Notes: generated by a model from the sequence alone, not told the origin. Shown: positions 10,390 through 18,873, counted from the stretch's first letter. The stretch is DNA of 40,478 bases from Candidatus Omnitrophota bacterium (GCA_020341815.1 CP070837.1:849586-890063); one strand, 5' to 3'. Made by a program: numbers and translations.

Positions 10390-11168
10390 TAAATGAGTTT
10401 ATTCAAGAATATTTCGATATTGTCAAATTTTCTAAAGCCCATAAAAAATATATAAGGGGCAATAAATCAAAACGGCGCCTAAGTGATTTTTATGAAAAAA
10501 GTTGGTTGCCATATTCGCGAAATTTTGAAAAAATATTTGGCAAAAAAGATCATGACATCATAGAAGGGGCTCTATATTCAATTTATAAGCTCTGCAAAAA
10601 AGATTTTATTGAGAAAAAAAGGATAAAATCTATACTTAATTTGACAACGCCAACTATCGAGAATATAAAACTAAATTTAATTAGGGACTTTGGATTTATA
10701 ATCGAAAGAGGACAAAAAGAAAATATTATAGAGATATTAAAAAATGCTGGTTTTGAAAGTACCATTATATATATTGAGGATGCAGAAAATGATTTTAAGA
10801 ATGGTAAATCGAAATCAACATGTACAAATACTAGACATGCTATAGACGAATTCTTTAGAGAATTTAGAGAAAAAGTATTTAAAAAATCTATTTCGGGAGT
10901 AACTGCATCAGAACATATAGCAGCCTTAAATAATAAACTTAAAATTCCAACATCTGAACAATCTTTATTGAAAAATGGTATATATGTTTTCTTAAGTCAT
11001 AAAGGTGGACATGGAACAACCGATAGACCTTCATTAGAAGACGCAAAATTATCAATAAATCTTATCTATATTTGTTTTGAATATTTTTTAAATAAATATA
11101 ATAAATATTTCAATAAAACTAAAGAAACAAATCCATTTTTTGCTGCGCCATTCAAATTCAACTTATAA
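10386..11168 (+). CDS. Hypothetical protein with an Abi_C/HEPN-like C-terminal domain (possible defence effector)
   Basis: ATGA overlap with the upstream gene; AENDF..STCTNTRHAIDEFF..FLSHKGGH..EDAKLSINL pattern resembles helical HEPN/Abi_C folds (inference). Confidence 0.5.
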   Translation: MINEFIQEYFDIVKFSKAHKKYIRGNKSKRRLSDFYEKSWLPYSRNFEKIFGKKDHDIIEGALYSIYKLCKKDFIEKKRIKSILNLTTPTIENIKLNLIRDFGFIIERGQKENIIEILKNAGFESTIIYIEDAENDFKNGKSKSTCTNTRHAIDEFFREFREKVFKKSISGVTASEHIAALNNKLKIPTSEQSLLKNGIYVFLSHKGGHGTTDRPSLEDAKLSINLIYICFEYFLNKYNKYFNKTKETNPFFAAPFKFNL

Positions 11169-11213
11169 AAATTCCAAAACTAAAAGTTCTTTTATTTTCA
11201 TAGGGAGGTTCAT

Positions 11214-11477
11214 ATGACCGAAGAAGTGGGATATGGGGTATTTCGAAATATTCACCCAAGCGAAACAGGTAAAAGAGTTACGCTTCACAAATTACCTTGT
11301 CATCATTATAAGCAACACTTAAAAAAAGGAACAGCAAAAGCAAAAGGGATGTATACATTCCACAAAGACTGCAGGACCTTTCAAGAAGCAGTGGAAAGGG
11401 CTTCTCTCGAGTCTTTAGAATGGCATGCACCAATTAAAGTTTGCAAAGGTTGTCTTAAGAATTGGAATCTTGTTTAA
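11214..11477 (+). CDS. Small His/Cys (possibly Zn-binding) hypothetical protein
   Basis: RBS GGGAGG; LHKLPC..VCKGC motif. Confidence 0.6.
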   Translation: MTEEVGYGVFRNIHPSETGKRVTLHKLPCHHYKQHLKKGTAKAKGMYTFHKDCRTFQEAVERASLESLEWHAPIKVCKGCLKNWNLV

Positions 11478-11572
11478 CTCCAGTAGATTATTAAAAATTT
11501 TTTCAAAATTTCTCTTGACAAATAGTGTAATATAATGTATAAGTATATGTGTAGACAAAATGAGAGGAATTT

Positions 11573-11752
11573 ATGTCGGAACAAGAGGCCATTAGAAAAT
11601 TAAAACAGCTAAAAGAAAAATATACTCTGCATGACCTGGTGAAACATTTAGACATCCAACAGACTACTTTACACCGCTGGCTTAAGACAGGCAAGATCTC
11701 CAAGAATATGGCCGACCTCTTAGAAAGAAGAATCCGGGAAAAGAACCTCTAA
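11573..11752 (+). CDS. 59-aa Cro/XRE-like HTH protein (absent from the ORF track)
   Basis: RBS GAGGA; translation MSEQEAIRKLKQLKEKYTLHDLVKHLDIQQTTLHRWLKTGKISKNMADLLERRIREKNL; TTGACA at 11515. Confidence 0.75.
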   Translation: MSEQEAIRKLKQLKEKYTLHDLVKHLDIQQTTLHRWLKTGKISKNMADLLERRIREKNL

Positions 11753-11766
11753 TTTTTTTTACCCTC

Positions 11767-11786
11767 TACTTCACAATTGTGTAGTA
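11767..11786. promoter_or_regulatory. 20-bp palindrome, candidate operator
   Basis: TACTTCACAATTGTGTAGTA (one mismatched pair), between the HTH gene and the ATPase-recombinase genes. Confidence 0.45.
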
Positions 11787-11805
11787 AATAATGAAGGGAA
11801 AAGCT

Positions 11806-11967
11806 ATGATACATTTACACTTCAACCGCCGCAGACCCTTAGGACTTAACAAGCTTCTTTATGCTCAGGCCCTTGGTTTGATTATAAAGAAGCTCTTGGG
11901 CCTTAAAAGGTTGATAAGGCGCCTGGGGCTGGAGATAGAGCTTGACTGCAAAATCATCTTCAAATAG
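11806..11967 (+). CDS. Small basic hypothetical protein (53 aa)
   Basis: RBS GAAGGGA; MIHLHFNRRRPLGLNKLLYAQALGLIIKKLLGLKRLIRRLGLEIELDCKIIFK; fills the gap before the ATPase. Confidence 0.45.
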   Translation: MIHLHFNRRRPLGLNKLLYAQALGLIIKKLLGLKRLIRRLGLEIELDCKIIFK

Positions 11968-11977
11968 GGCTAAAGAG

Positions 11978-13102
11978 ATGGATAAGGCTAAAGAACTGTT
12001 AAAGAATGGTGATATATTAAAGCAGGTTATCCGGGATATGGATATCTTAGGATATGTAGGGGAAGAGGAAAATAAGATATTGGGCTATTTAATAGCTATC
12101 TCCCGCAAGCTTGATCAGCCCCTTTCCGGTATCGTGGTCTCCTCATCCGGGGCAGGGAAAAGCAGGCTGGTGGATACGTTAGAGCAGCTTACTCCAGCTG
12201 AGGATGTAGTCTTTACCTCAAGGCTTACTTCACAGTCTCTTTACTATATGCAGAAGGACTTCCTAAGGCATAAGCTTCTGATAGTAGAGGAAAGGCACGG
12301 CTCTGAGCTTGCTGACTATCCCATCAGGACATTACAGTCAAAGGGTGTGCTTTCCCTGGCGATACCTATTAAGAATAGGACGGTCTTCTTTGAAGTAAAG
12401 GGGCCGGTAAGTATCTTAGAGACTACCGTCTCCTGTAAGCTTAACTTAGAGAACACATCGCGCTGCTTTATCCTGCACCTGGATGAATCAGAGGAACAGA
12501 CCCGGCTTATCCACAGATACCAGAGACAGGCCAGGACTAAAGAGAGGCTTAAACTGCAGCAAAAGGCTCAAGGCATCATCAGGCTGCACCAGGATATGCA
12601 GAGGCTGATTAAGCCCTGCGCGGTAATTATTCCTTATGCCAATAAGTTAACCTTTCCCGCAAACAGTCCTTCATCCAGGCGTGAACATCAGAAATTTCTC
12701 ACCCTCATTGAGGCAATAGCCCTGTTATACCAATACCAGAGAAGAAAGATTGTCCACAACGGCTTAGTCTTCATTGAAAGCGCTATTCAGGACTATGAGA
12801 TTGCCTTTGATATATTCAGCAAGGTTTATCGGGATACATTGCTGACGCATCACTCCAAATCGGCTGTCTTGCTGGCTAAGATACTAAGGCTGAAGAAGTC
12901 TGTCTTTAGCAGGGAAGATATAGCTAAGTTCAGCGGCTGGCCTAATTATAAGGTAAGGGATAATATCAGATATTTAGAAGAGGCCGGGATATTAAGGATT
13001 ATCCGCAACGGAAAGGGAAAGAGAACTCTATATAAGCTGAATAGCCATCTTAAGCTGACCAAACCCGAAGAACTAAGAAAAAGAGGCACTTCTACAAGTT
13101 AA
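11978..13102 (+). CDS. AAA+/MCM-like P-loop ATPase with C-terminal wHTH (helicase-like module of primase-type integrative elements, without CHC2/Toprim)
   Basis: GYVGEEENK..SRKL..Walker A SSGAGKS, Walker B LLIVEE, SR arginine finger, C-terminal HTH (SREDIAKFSGW..VRDNIRYLEEAG). ATG 11978 preferred over TTG 11942. Confidence 0.75.
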   Translation: MDKAKELLKNGDILKQVIRDMDILGYVGEEENKILGYLIAISRKLDQPLSGIVVSSSGAGKSRLVDTLEQLTPAEDVVFTSRLTSQSLYYMQKDFLRHKLLIVEERHGSELADYPIRTLQSKGVLSLAIPIKNRTVFFEVKGPVSILETTVSCKLNLENTSRCFILHLDESEEQTRLIHRYQRQARTKERLKLQQKAQGIIRLHQDMQRLIKPCAVIIPYANKLTFPANSPSSRREHQKFLTLIEAIALLYQYQRRKIVHNGLVFIESAIQDYEIAFDIFSKVYRDTLLTHHSKSAVLLAKILRLKKSVFSREDIAKFSGWPNYKVRDNIRYLEEAGILRIIRNGKGKRTLYKLNSHLKLTKPEELRKRGTSTS

Positions 13103-13106
13103 GCTT

Positions 13107-14774
13107 ATGATAACAAATAAGTTACCTTCAGTTAAAGAGCTCATTAGGCAATATCAGGATTACCTTGCCAGTAAAGAAGCCGGGGGAGTAAGATATCTTT
13201 CCGTGCTTAAATATCTAACCGAATATACGGAAAGAGCCGATATAAAAGATATAGCCTTAATCAATGAAGAAAGTCTGCTTGAATTTCAGCTATATCTTTA
13301 TGATGAATATGACTTTACCTTTGAGACGGTAAGAACGATGTTTTACACCTTAAAGAGGTTTTTCGCTTATCTGATGGAAAATAACCTGATTAAGGAGAAT
13401 CTTCTTTATAAGGTAGAAATTATCCCCAAACCCCAACCTAAGAAAATCATCAGCCGTTATTATTCCTTTGATGAGCTGATTAGTAGATACCTCAACTATA
13501 GAAAAAGCCACCTAAGCTACGGCTATCTTATCCAGGTAGAAAAACATTTAAAAGGATATTTTCGTTATTTAAGAGGTAAAGGCATAAAAAGCGTTTATTC
13601 TGTTACTGAAGGAAGCCTCTTAGAATACAGAGACTTCCTCTGGCAGGAATATGAGCAGGGAGAAAAGGACTCTCTTATGCCTGAGAGCCAGATTGAGCGC
13701 TTAGGCACTGTTTGCCGCTTCTTCAGATATTTATATAAGGAAGGCCTGTTAAGAGATAATCCCGCTCTTAATCTGGCCTGGAAAGACTACTTCCATAAAT
13801 TACGCCAGAGGCCTAAGAAAAGCAAGGAGATAAAGGCAGTAACTTCACCCCTGGATGAATTGAAGCAGAAGTTTATCGATTATGAAAAGACCAAAGGAAA
13901 GTCATTAAGTACACTCTCCAGTTACAAAAAAGGCCTGGAGGTCTTCTTTGGATATATGCAAAGCAAAGGCCTAAGCAGCATGGCCCAGATAGGCAAGAGA
14001 CATCTTATGGAATACTATCCTTACCTTTATAATTACCGCGGCATTAGAAATTACCCGGTAGGTATGCAGTCCAAGGCCAAGTATCTCTGGGCCTTGAGGT
14101 TATTCTTTAAGTTCCTGATCCGCTTTGATTATCTGCCTTATGACGCTTCATTTGACTTAGAGCCCATCAAAGAGGAAAAGCCTCTTCCTAAGGATTACCT
14201 TAATCAGAAGGAAGTGTTTTATCTTTTGAATCAGCCTGGATCATCGGATTCCTTGAGTATCCGTGATAAGGCAATACTTGAAGTACTATTCTCAACAGGT
14301 ATGCGCAACAATGAACTCTGCCAGCTCAATATCGCTGATATAGACTTCCAGCAGGAAATGGTCAGGGTCAGTCATCCTAAAGGAGGCAGCAGCCGCCAGA
14401 GAATAGTCCCTGTAGGCCAGAGAAGCCTTAATTATCTAAATAGTTATTTAGCAAAAGCCCGGCCTGAGCTGGCAAATGGTGACCCTCAGGCCTTATTTTT
14501 GTCCTACTCCGGCAAGAGGATTAAAACCGAAGCTGTGTTAAACATTGTTAAAAAGTATGCCTTTCGATGCGGCTTCCGAAAGAATATCACCCCGCATTCC
14601 CTGCGAGTTACCTGCGCCACTCTTATGCTGAAATACAAGGCCGGCCTAAGATATGTCCAGGAGCAGTTAGGCCACAGGAGCATCCGCTCAACTCAAATAT
14701 ATACCCGGCTTATTCCTTTGGACCTGAAACTGGTCCATCAGAGATGTCATCCGGGGGAGAGAATAGACAGATGA
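13107..14774 (+). CDS. XerC/D-family tyrosine recombinase with three tandem SAM-like core-binding domains
   Basis: Catalytic residues TGMRNNE (R), PKGG (K), HSLR, LGH, TQIY; three repeats ending RFFAYL/RFFRYL/LFFKFL. Confidence 0.92.
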   Translation: MITNKLPSVKELIRQYQDYLASKEAGGVRYLSVLKYLTEYTERADIKDIALINEESLLEFQLYLYDEYDFTFETVRTMFYTLKRFFAYLMENNLIKENLLYKVEIIPKPQPKKIISRYYSFDELISRYLNYRKSHLSYGYLIQVEKHLKGYFRYLRGKGIKSVYSVTEGSLLEYRDFLWQEYEQGEKDSLMPESQIERLGTVCRFFRYLYKEGLLRDNPALNLAWKDYFHKLRQRPKKSKEIKAVTSPLDELKQKFIDYEKTKGKSLSTLSSYKKGLEVFFGYMQSKGLSSMAQIGKRHLMEYYPYLYNYRGIRNYPVGMQSKAKYLWALRLFFKFLIRFDYLPYDASFDLEPIKEEKPLPKDYLNQKEVFYLLNQPGSSDSLSIRDKAILEVLFSTGMRNNELCQLNIADIDFQQEMVRVSHPKGGSSRQRIVPVGQRSLNYLNSYLAKARPELANGDPQALFLSYSGKRIKTEAVLNIVKKYAFRCGFRKNITPHSLRVTCATLMLKYKAGLRYVQEQLGHRSIRSTQIYTRLIPLDLKLVHQRCHPGERIDR

Positions 14775-14906
14775 TACGGCCTAACTTCTTGAAATCAAGA
14801 GAGGTTTTGTGCTTTACTTTTGATATTGGCTGGCGTACAATAATCCTAAGGGAATTTATACCCGGAATTTACTGGGATAAAAAGAAGAAGTGGAGGAAAT
14901 AGAAGG

Positions 14907-15257
14907 GTGAATATTAAAGAAAAAAGAGGTATCGCATTAATCTCCGTTTCAATAATCGCTATCTTTATTTTTAGTATTTTTCGGGGAGTAAAAACTTTTT
15001 CAAATATTGAAGATTATATAGATAGCTATATGTATATGAAGGCTTCAAAATTTAAGTTAATTTTAGCAACAATTGTAGAAGCGTGTGCTTTATTTATACT
15101 ATTATTTAGGGACAAATTTTCTGAAAAAATGGCAGCAAAAAGTAAAAAATATTCAATTGGGTATTACAAATTAGCTATTACTTTAATGCTTAGTTACGTT
15201 CTTCTAATAAGCATAATACATAAGTCATTTATATTATACTTACTAATGGGTTACTAA
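14907..15257 (+). CDS. Small membrane protein (about 3 TM), likely orphan immunity gene
   Basis: GTG start, AT-rich, hydrophobic; resembles the other immunity genes in size and context. Confidence 0.5.
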   Translation: MNIKEKRGIALISVSIIAIFIFSIFRGVKTFSNIEDYIDSYMYMKASKFKLILATIVEACALFILLFRDKFSEKMAAKSKKYSIGYYKLAITLMLSYVLLISIIHKSFILYLLMGY

Positions 15258-15432
15258 AACTTCTAAGAATAAAAACATAAATGGGCCAACAGCACAGCAA
15301 AATATCAAAAAGTAGAGCAATAATGGTCGAAAAGTCGGGAAAAATCAGGGAAATCAGGGAGCGCAATACCTGTTTCCTTGACATTTCAAATTTCCAAACC
15401 GAAATTTTGGAATTTAACATAGTAGAATAAAT

Positions 15433-15520
15433 CTACAGCTAAAAAGTTAGATATTTTAGCGTAGGTAGTCAATTTTAGCTCTTTGTCAAAGCAGAAGTCC
15501 AACACTCCGCCCAAGAGTGT
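15433..15520 (+). repeat. 88-bp att-like repeat, copy 1
   Basis: 85/88 identical to 17342..17429; contains GCTAAAA-N9-TTTTAGC plus a third TTTTAGC; ends at T|GACCC of the Rhs core. Confidence 0.92.
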
Positions 15521-16429
15521 GACCCGGAGCTCGGTCGCTTTATCACCGCCGACACCATTGTCCAGGCTCCCTATGATCCGCAGAGCTTAAACAGATATGC
15601 CTATTGCAGGAATAACCCCATCAAGTACGTTGATCCAACGGGGCATAGTTGGTTTAAAAAGTTTTTTAGTAAAATAGCAGGTTTTTTTGCTGCCGTTATA
15701 ACTTTTGCCGGCACAGGCGGCAATGCAGCTGCTGCCTTTACTGCCTTTAATGTTGTCGATACCTTCTTTAGTGGTGCTCGAGCAATTGCACATGGTGCTC
15801 CTCCTGGTAGAATCTTTGCTGCAATAGGAATATCTCTTACTTTAAATACAATAATTCCTTTTCCTGATATAGGAAATCTGGCTTTACAATTAACAGTTGC
15901 AGCAGCCAGAGGCGCTTTTATATCTGTTGCCACTAATGCTATCATTAACAAAGGCGGAAAACTTGGGTCCGCTGCCGCCTGGGGTGCTGGAATGGGCGCT
16001 GTATCTGGATTTCTTGGATCCCAACAGTATCAGAATTGGCGAAAAGGCAAAGGATTTGTGTCAAATAAACAAGCTGATGCAAGACGAAAGGCTAGAAATA
16101 GCGCTAGAACAACATCGGGTTCTGTTAAGATAAAAAAATCTTCTGATGGGCGCGCGCAAGACAGCTTAGAAGTAAATGAAGGAAGAATAGTGATAGCAAG
16201 AGGAGATAAAAGCCATGTCGTTGAAGGAGCTAAAGCTGCGGGCAAGGCGGCAGCAGACACCATTACAGGCGTCCCTGCATTTGGAGCCGTAGAGATAGCT
16301 GGCGAAATGGCAAAGACACTCCCTAAGGTTATGGAACGTAATCAAAGGATGTATGAAGAATATGAAGAAAGTGGATTAGGAGAAATATTTGGGCCTAATC
16401 CATGGAAAGACCTTCCTCGTAGTAAATAG
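15521..16429 (+). pseudogene. Silent Rhs C-terminal cassette 1 (no start codon; core DPELGRF..YVDPTGH plus toxin tip)
   Basis: Open frame of 302 codons starting DPELGRFITADTIVQAPYDPQSLNRYAYCRNNPIKYVDPTGH; the track ORF 15992..16429 is only its 3' half. Confidence 0.88.
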
Positions 16430-16481
16430 GAATTTTTTTAACGATTGATTGTACAATATATACTTTTAAGATTTTAAGAAA

Positions 16482-17306
16482 ATGCGTTCTGTAAAAGTTA
16501 AAAGAATATTTTTAACCATTGCATTACTTGTGATTTTATCATGGGTAACAAGTTTTGTTTACCATTTCATAATATTTATTCATGCTCGGAACACTCTGAG
16601 AAAAATATTTATTGAAGGTGTTCTTACTGAAATTGATCAAATTGATCTTTTGCATAAGAAAGGAATTCCTGCGACAAGCCTATTGATTGGTTTGTTAAAA
16701 GATGATAATGATTTAGTGAAAATAAATGCGATGGTTTTACTTGCAGAATTTGAAAGTCATGAAGCTGCACCATCACTAGCTAAATTATTAAAAAGCGATA
16801 ATTGGCGTGTTAGGTTTTTTGCCTCCCATGCGCTGGGTAGAATAAGCGATAAAGGAACAGTGGATAGCTTGGCAAAGGCTTGGTTGGAAGAAAACGATTT
16901 AAGAGTGGCCAGAGAAATTGCAATAGCGGTAGGCAAAATAGGGGATAAAAAGGCAGCTCCAGCCTTTATAAAAACATATAAAGATAAAGATGAAAAAATT
17001 AAAATACTATCCTCATTAATTCTATATAAATTGCTAAGTAAAGAAGGATACTTTAATGATATAAAAGAAGCAATCCATAATAAAGATGACAAGCTGAGAC
17101 TTATGACAGTTTGGACGCTTGGAGAGATAGAAGACCAAAGAATAATTCCTTTGTTAGAAGAAGCTCTAGTAGATAGTAATCAAAAAGTTAGGGAATTTGC
17201 ACAGAAATCAATCGAAAAAATAAATAGTAAAGTAAGCAACAATAACACACGGAAATCCGATGAAATCGAAATCAGGAAACAAGATATTAATTTCCTGAAT
17301 AAATAA
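16482..17306 (+). CDS. N-terminally membrane-anchored HEAT-repeat protein, putative immunity for cassette 1
   Basis: TM helix, then repeated LLKD..VR..A..ALG.I HEAT motifs; directly follows toxin tip 1. Confidence 0.75.
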   Translation: MRSVKVKRIFLTIALLVILSWVTSFVYHFIIFIHARNTLRKIFIEGVLTEIDQIDLLHKKGIPATSLLIGLLKDDNDLVKINAMVLLAEFESHEAAPSLAKLLKSDNWRVRFFASHALGRISDKGTVDSLAKAWLEENDLRVAREIAIAVGKIGDKKAAPAFIKTYKDKDEKIKILSSLILYKLLSKEGYFNDIKEAIHNKDDKLRLMTVWTLGEIEDQRIIPLLEEALVDSNQKVREFAQKSIEKINSKVSNNNTRKSDEIEIRKQDINFLNK

Positions 17307-17341
17307 GAAACGATATCCATTTTATTAAGAAGGTAATAATC

Positions 17342-17429
17342 CTACAGCTAAAAAGTTAGATATTTTAGCGTAGGTAGTCCATTTTAGCTCTTTGTCAAAG
17401 CAGAAGTCCCACACTCCGCCCAATAGTGT
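17342..17429 (+). repeat. 88-bp att-like repeat, copy 2
   Basis: Offset 1909 from copy 1; three substitutions, one of which makes an in-frame TAG just before the cassette. Confidence 0.92.
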
Positions 17430-18422
17430 GACCCAGAGATAGGCAGGTTTATTACTGCTGATACCATAGTCCAAGATTCGTCTGACCCCCAGAGCTTAAA
17501 CAGATATGCCTATTGCAGGAACAACCCCATCAAATATGTGGATCCTAGTGGGCATTTTTTCCAGATAATTCTCGGAGCCATCATTGGGGCAATCATCGGG
17601 GTAGCAGTTTCAGCAGCTACAGGTGGTGACATAGGAAAGGGAGCCATCACAGGTGCAATTGGTGGTGCCTTCTTTGGCTTCGTAGGAGGATTTAAACTCT
17701 CAGGAGTAGTTAAAGCTCTTGCCCATACCTGGGCAGGGGCAGCATCAGGAGCATTAGGTGCCATTGCTACTGGTGGCGATGTAGGCATGAGCGCCCTGAT
17801 AGGAGGGGCGGCTGCAGGTGTTACCTGTGGTATAGCTAATGTCATTCCGGGTTTTAAAGGAGATGGCTTAGGTGCCTTCCTTGGCAACCTTGTCCTTCGT
17901 AGCGGTATTGGAGCTGCAATTGGAGGTGGTATTTCCTCAGCCACAGGTGGAGATTTCGCCTATGGAGCAAAACAGGGGGCTATAAGTGCAGGGATTGCAT
18001 ATACGGCTAATTGCGGGTTGAGTAAGGTCTTGCATGGAGACAAAGAATCAAAACTCGCTTCTACTCAAGAAGAAGTCGACAAGATTGCTTGGCAACGTAA
18101 GCACGATCCTAATATGAGAATGGGAGGATGGCCTATTTATACTGATAAAGGGCCCAGCAAAACTTATACTTTGGGCGATTTGGTTAGCTGGAAAACTTGG
18201 ACAGGAGTAATTTTAATAGGAGCTGGTGGCAAAATAATGTTTGCACCTGTTCCTGGTGCTCGTTTAGTCGGTGGTGTAATGATTCTTGGAGGAGGAGCAC
18301 TGACTGCTTGGAGTATGATAGAAAGCACTAAAACAGCACATGATTTAGCTACCGATATAGGAGAAATTGCAACTGAACAATATAAAGAAGAATGGGAAGA
18401 AATTGATAATAATTTGAAATAA
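17430..18422 (+). pseudogene. Silent Rhs C-terminal cassette 2 (core DPEIGRF..YVDPSGH, glycine zipper, hydrophobic-hairpin tip)
   Basis: Open frame starting DPEIGRFITADTIVQDSSDPQSLNRYAYCRNNPIKYVDPSGH; the track's GTG 17538 is the V of YVDP, not a real start. Confidence 0.88.
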
Positions 18423-18473
18423 ATAATGATATTATTGTAAGAACAAGAGCCTCTTTTGTAGGAGGGGAAGAAA

Positions 18474-18785
18474 ATGGAATTAACCGAAAAAGATAAAACA
18501 TTTATTACCTATTATCAGAACCAATATAGAATTTATATATTCTTTTTTGTATTTATATTTTTATTCGCTAGTTTTCAACTATATATGTTATTTGGAAAGT
18601 TTATTCCTATCTATACTGCAGCCTTTCAAAAGACACCCAAGTTAAGTACTTTTGTCCAATTCGGCTTGATAAAAATGGCGGTATTCAATTTGATATGGAT
18701 TGCTCTATTAATTGGAGCATTAATAGGAAGTTTTTCCAGCTATAAGAAAACTAAATCAATAATAAATAAATTGATGAAATCATAA
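18474..18785 (+). CDS. 2-TM putative immunity protein for cassette 2
   Basis: RBS GGAGG, two hydrophobic segments, AT-rich, follows the toxin tip. Confidence 0.7.
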   Translation: MELTEKDKTFITYYQNQYRIYIFFFVFIFLFASFQLYMLFGKFIPIYTAAFQKTPKLSTFVQFGLIKMAVFNLIWIALLIGALIGSFSSYKKTKSIINKLMKS

Positions 18786-18838
18786 AAAGGGGGCAGTTCC
18801 AATCCTTAGTCTAATCAGGGGACACAATACTAATTTCC

Positions 18839-18867
18839 TTGACAAAGATGGAAGAAAAAGCTAAAAT
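18839..18867 (+). promoter_or_regulatory. Sigma70 promoter of the transposase, probably leaderless
   Basis: TTGACA-17 bp-TAAAAT; ATG lies 6 nt downstream with no RBS. Confidence 0.6.
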
Positions 18868-18873
18868 CCATCT

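Larger units (their letters stand above)
7651..15519 (+). mobile_element. Predicted rhs-targeting integrative element (toxin tip, immunity, cargo, HTH, ATPase, recombinase)
   Basis: Bounded by TGACCC at the same Rhs codon (7651 and 15520); deleting the interval fuses rhs in frame to cassette 1. Mobility is inferred. Confidence 0.55.

Noticed and set aside
1-14774. Prophage or T6SS locus
   Set aside because: The fibre-like genes carry signal peptides; no capsid, terminase, sheath, VgrG, Hcp or PAAR gene is recognisable.
13107-14774. Housekeeping xerC/xerD
   Set aside because: Nearly twice the usual length and in a mobile context; no gene symbol assigned.
14567-14902. 111-aa ORF overlapping the recombinase
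   Set aside because: Alternative frame over the catalytic domain; at most its last codons are a remnant.
15412-15452. Classical integron attC (ATTTAAC..GTTAGAT)
   Set aside because: Too short, the AAC box is absent from copy 2, the junction is about 70 bp away, and the recombinase shows no evident IntI-specific insertion.
15897-16133. Possible frameshift in cassette 1
   Set aside because: The frame from 15521 reads open to 16429; this ORF is an alternate frame.
15433-17429. 88-bp repeats as a CRISPR array
   Set aside because: Only two copies, too long, separated by 1.8 kb of genes; no cas genes.
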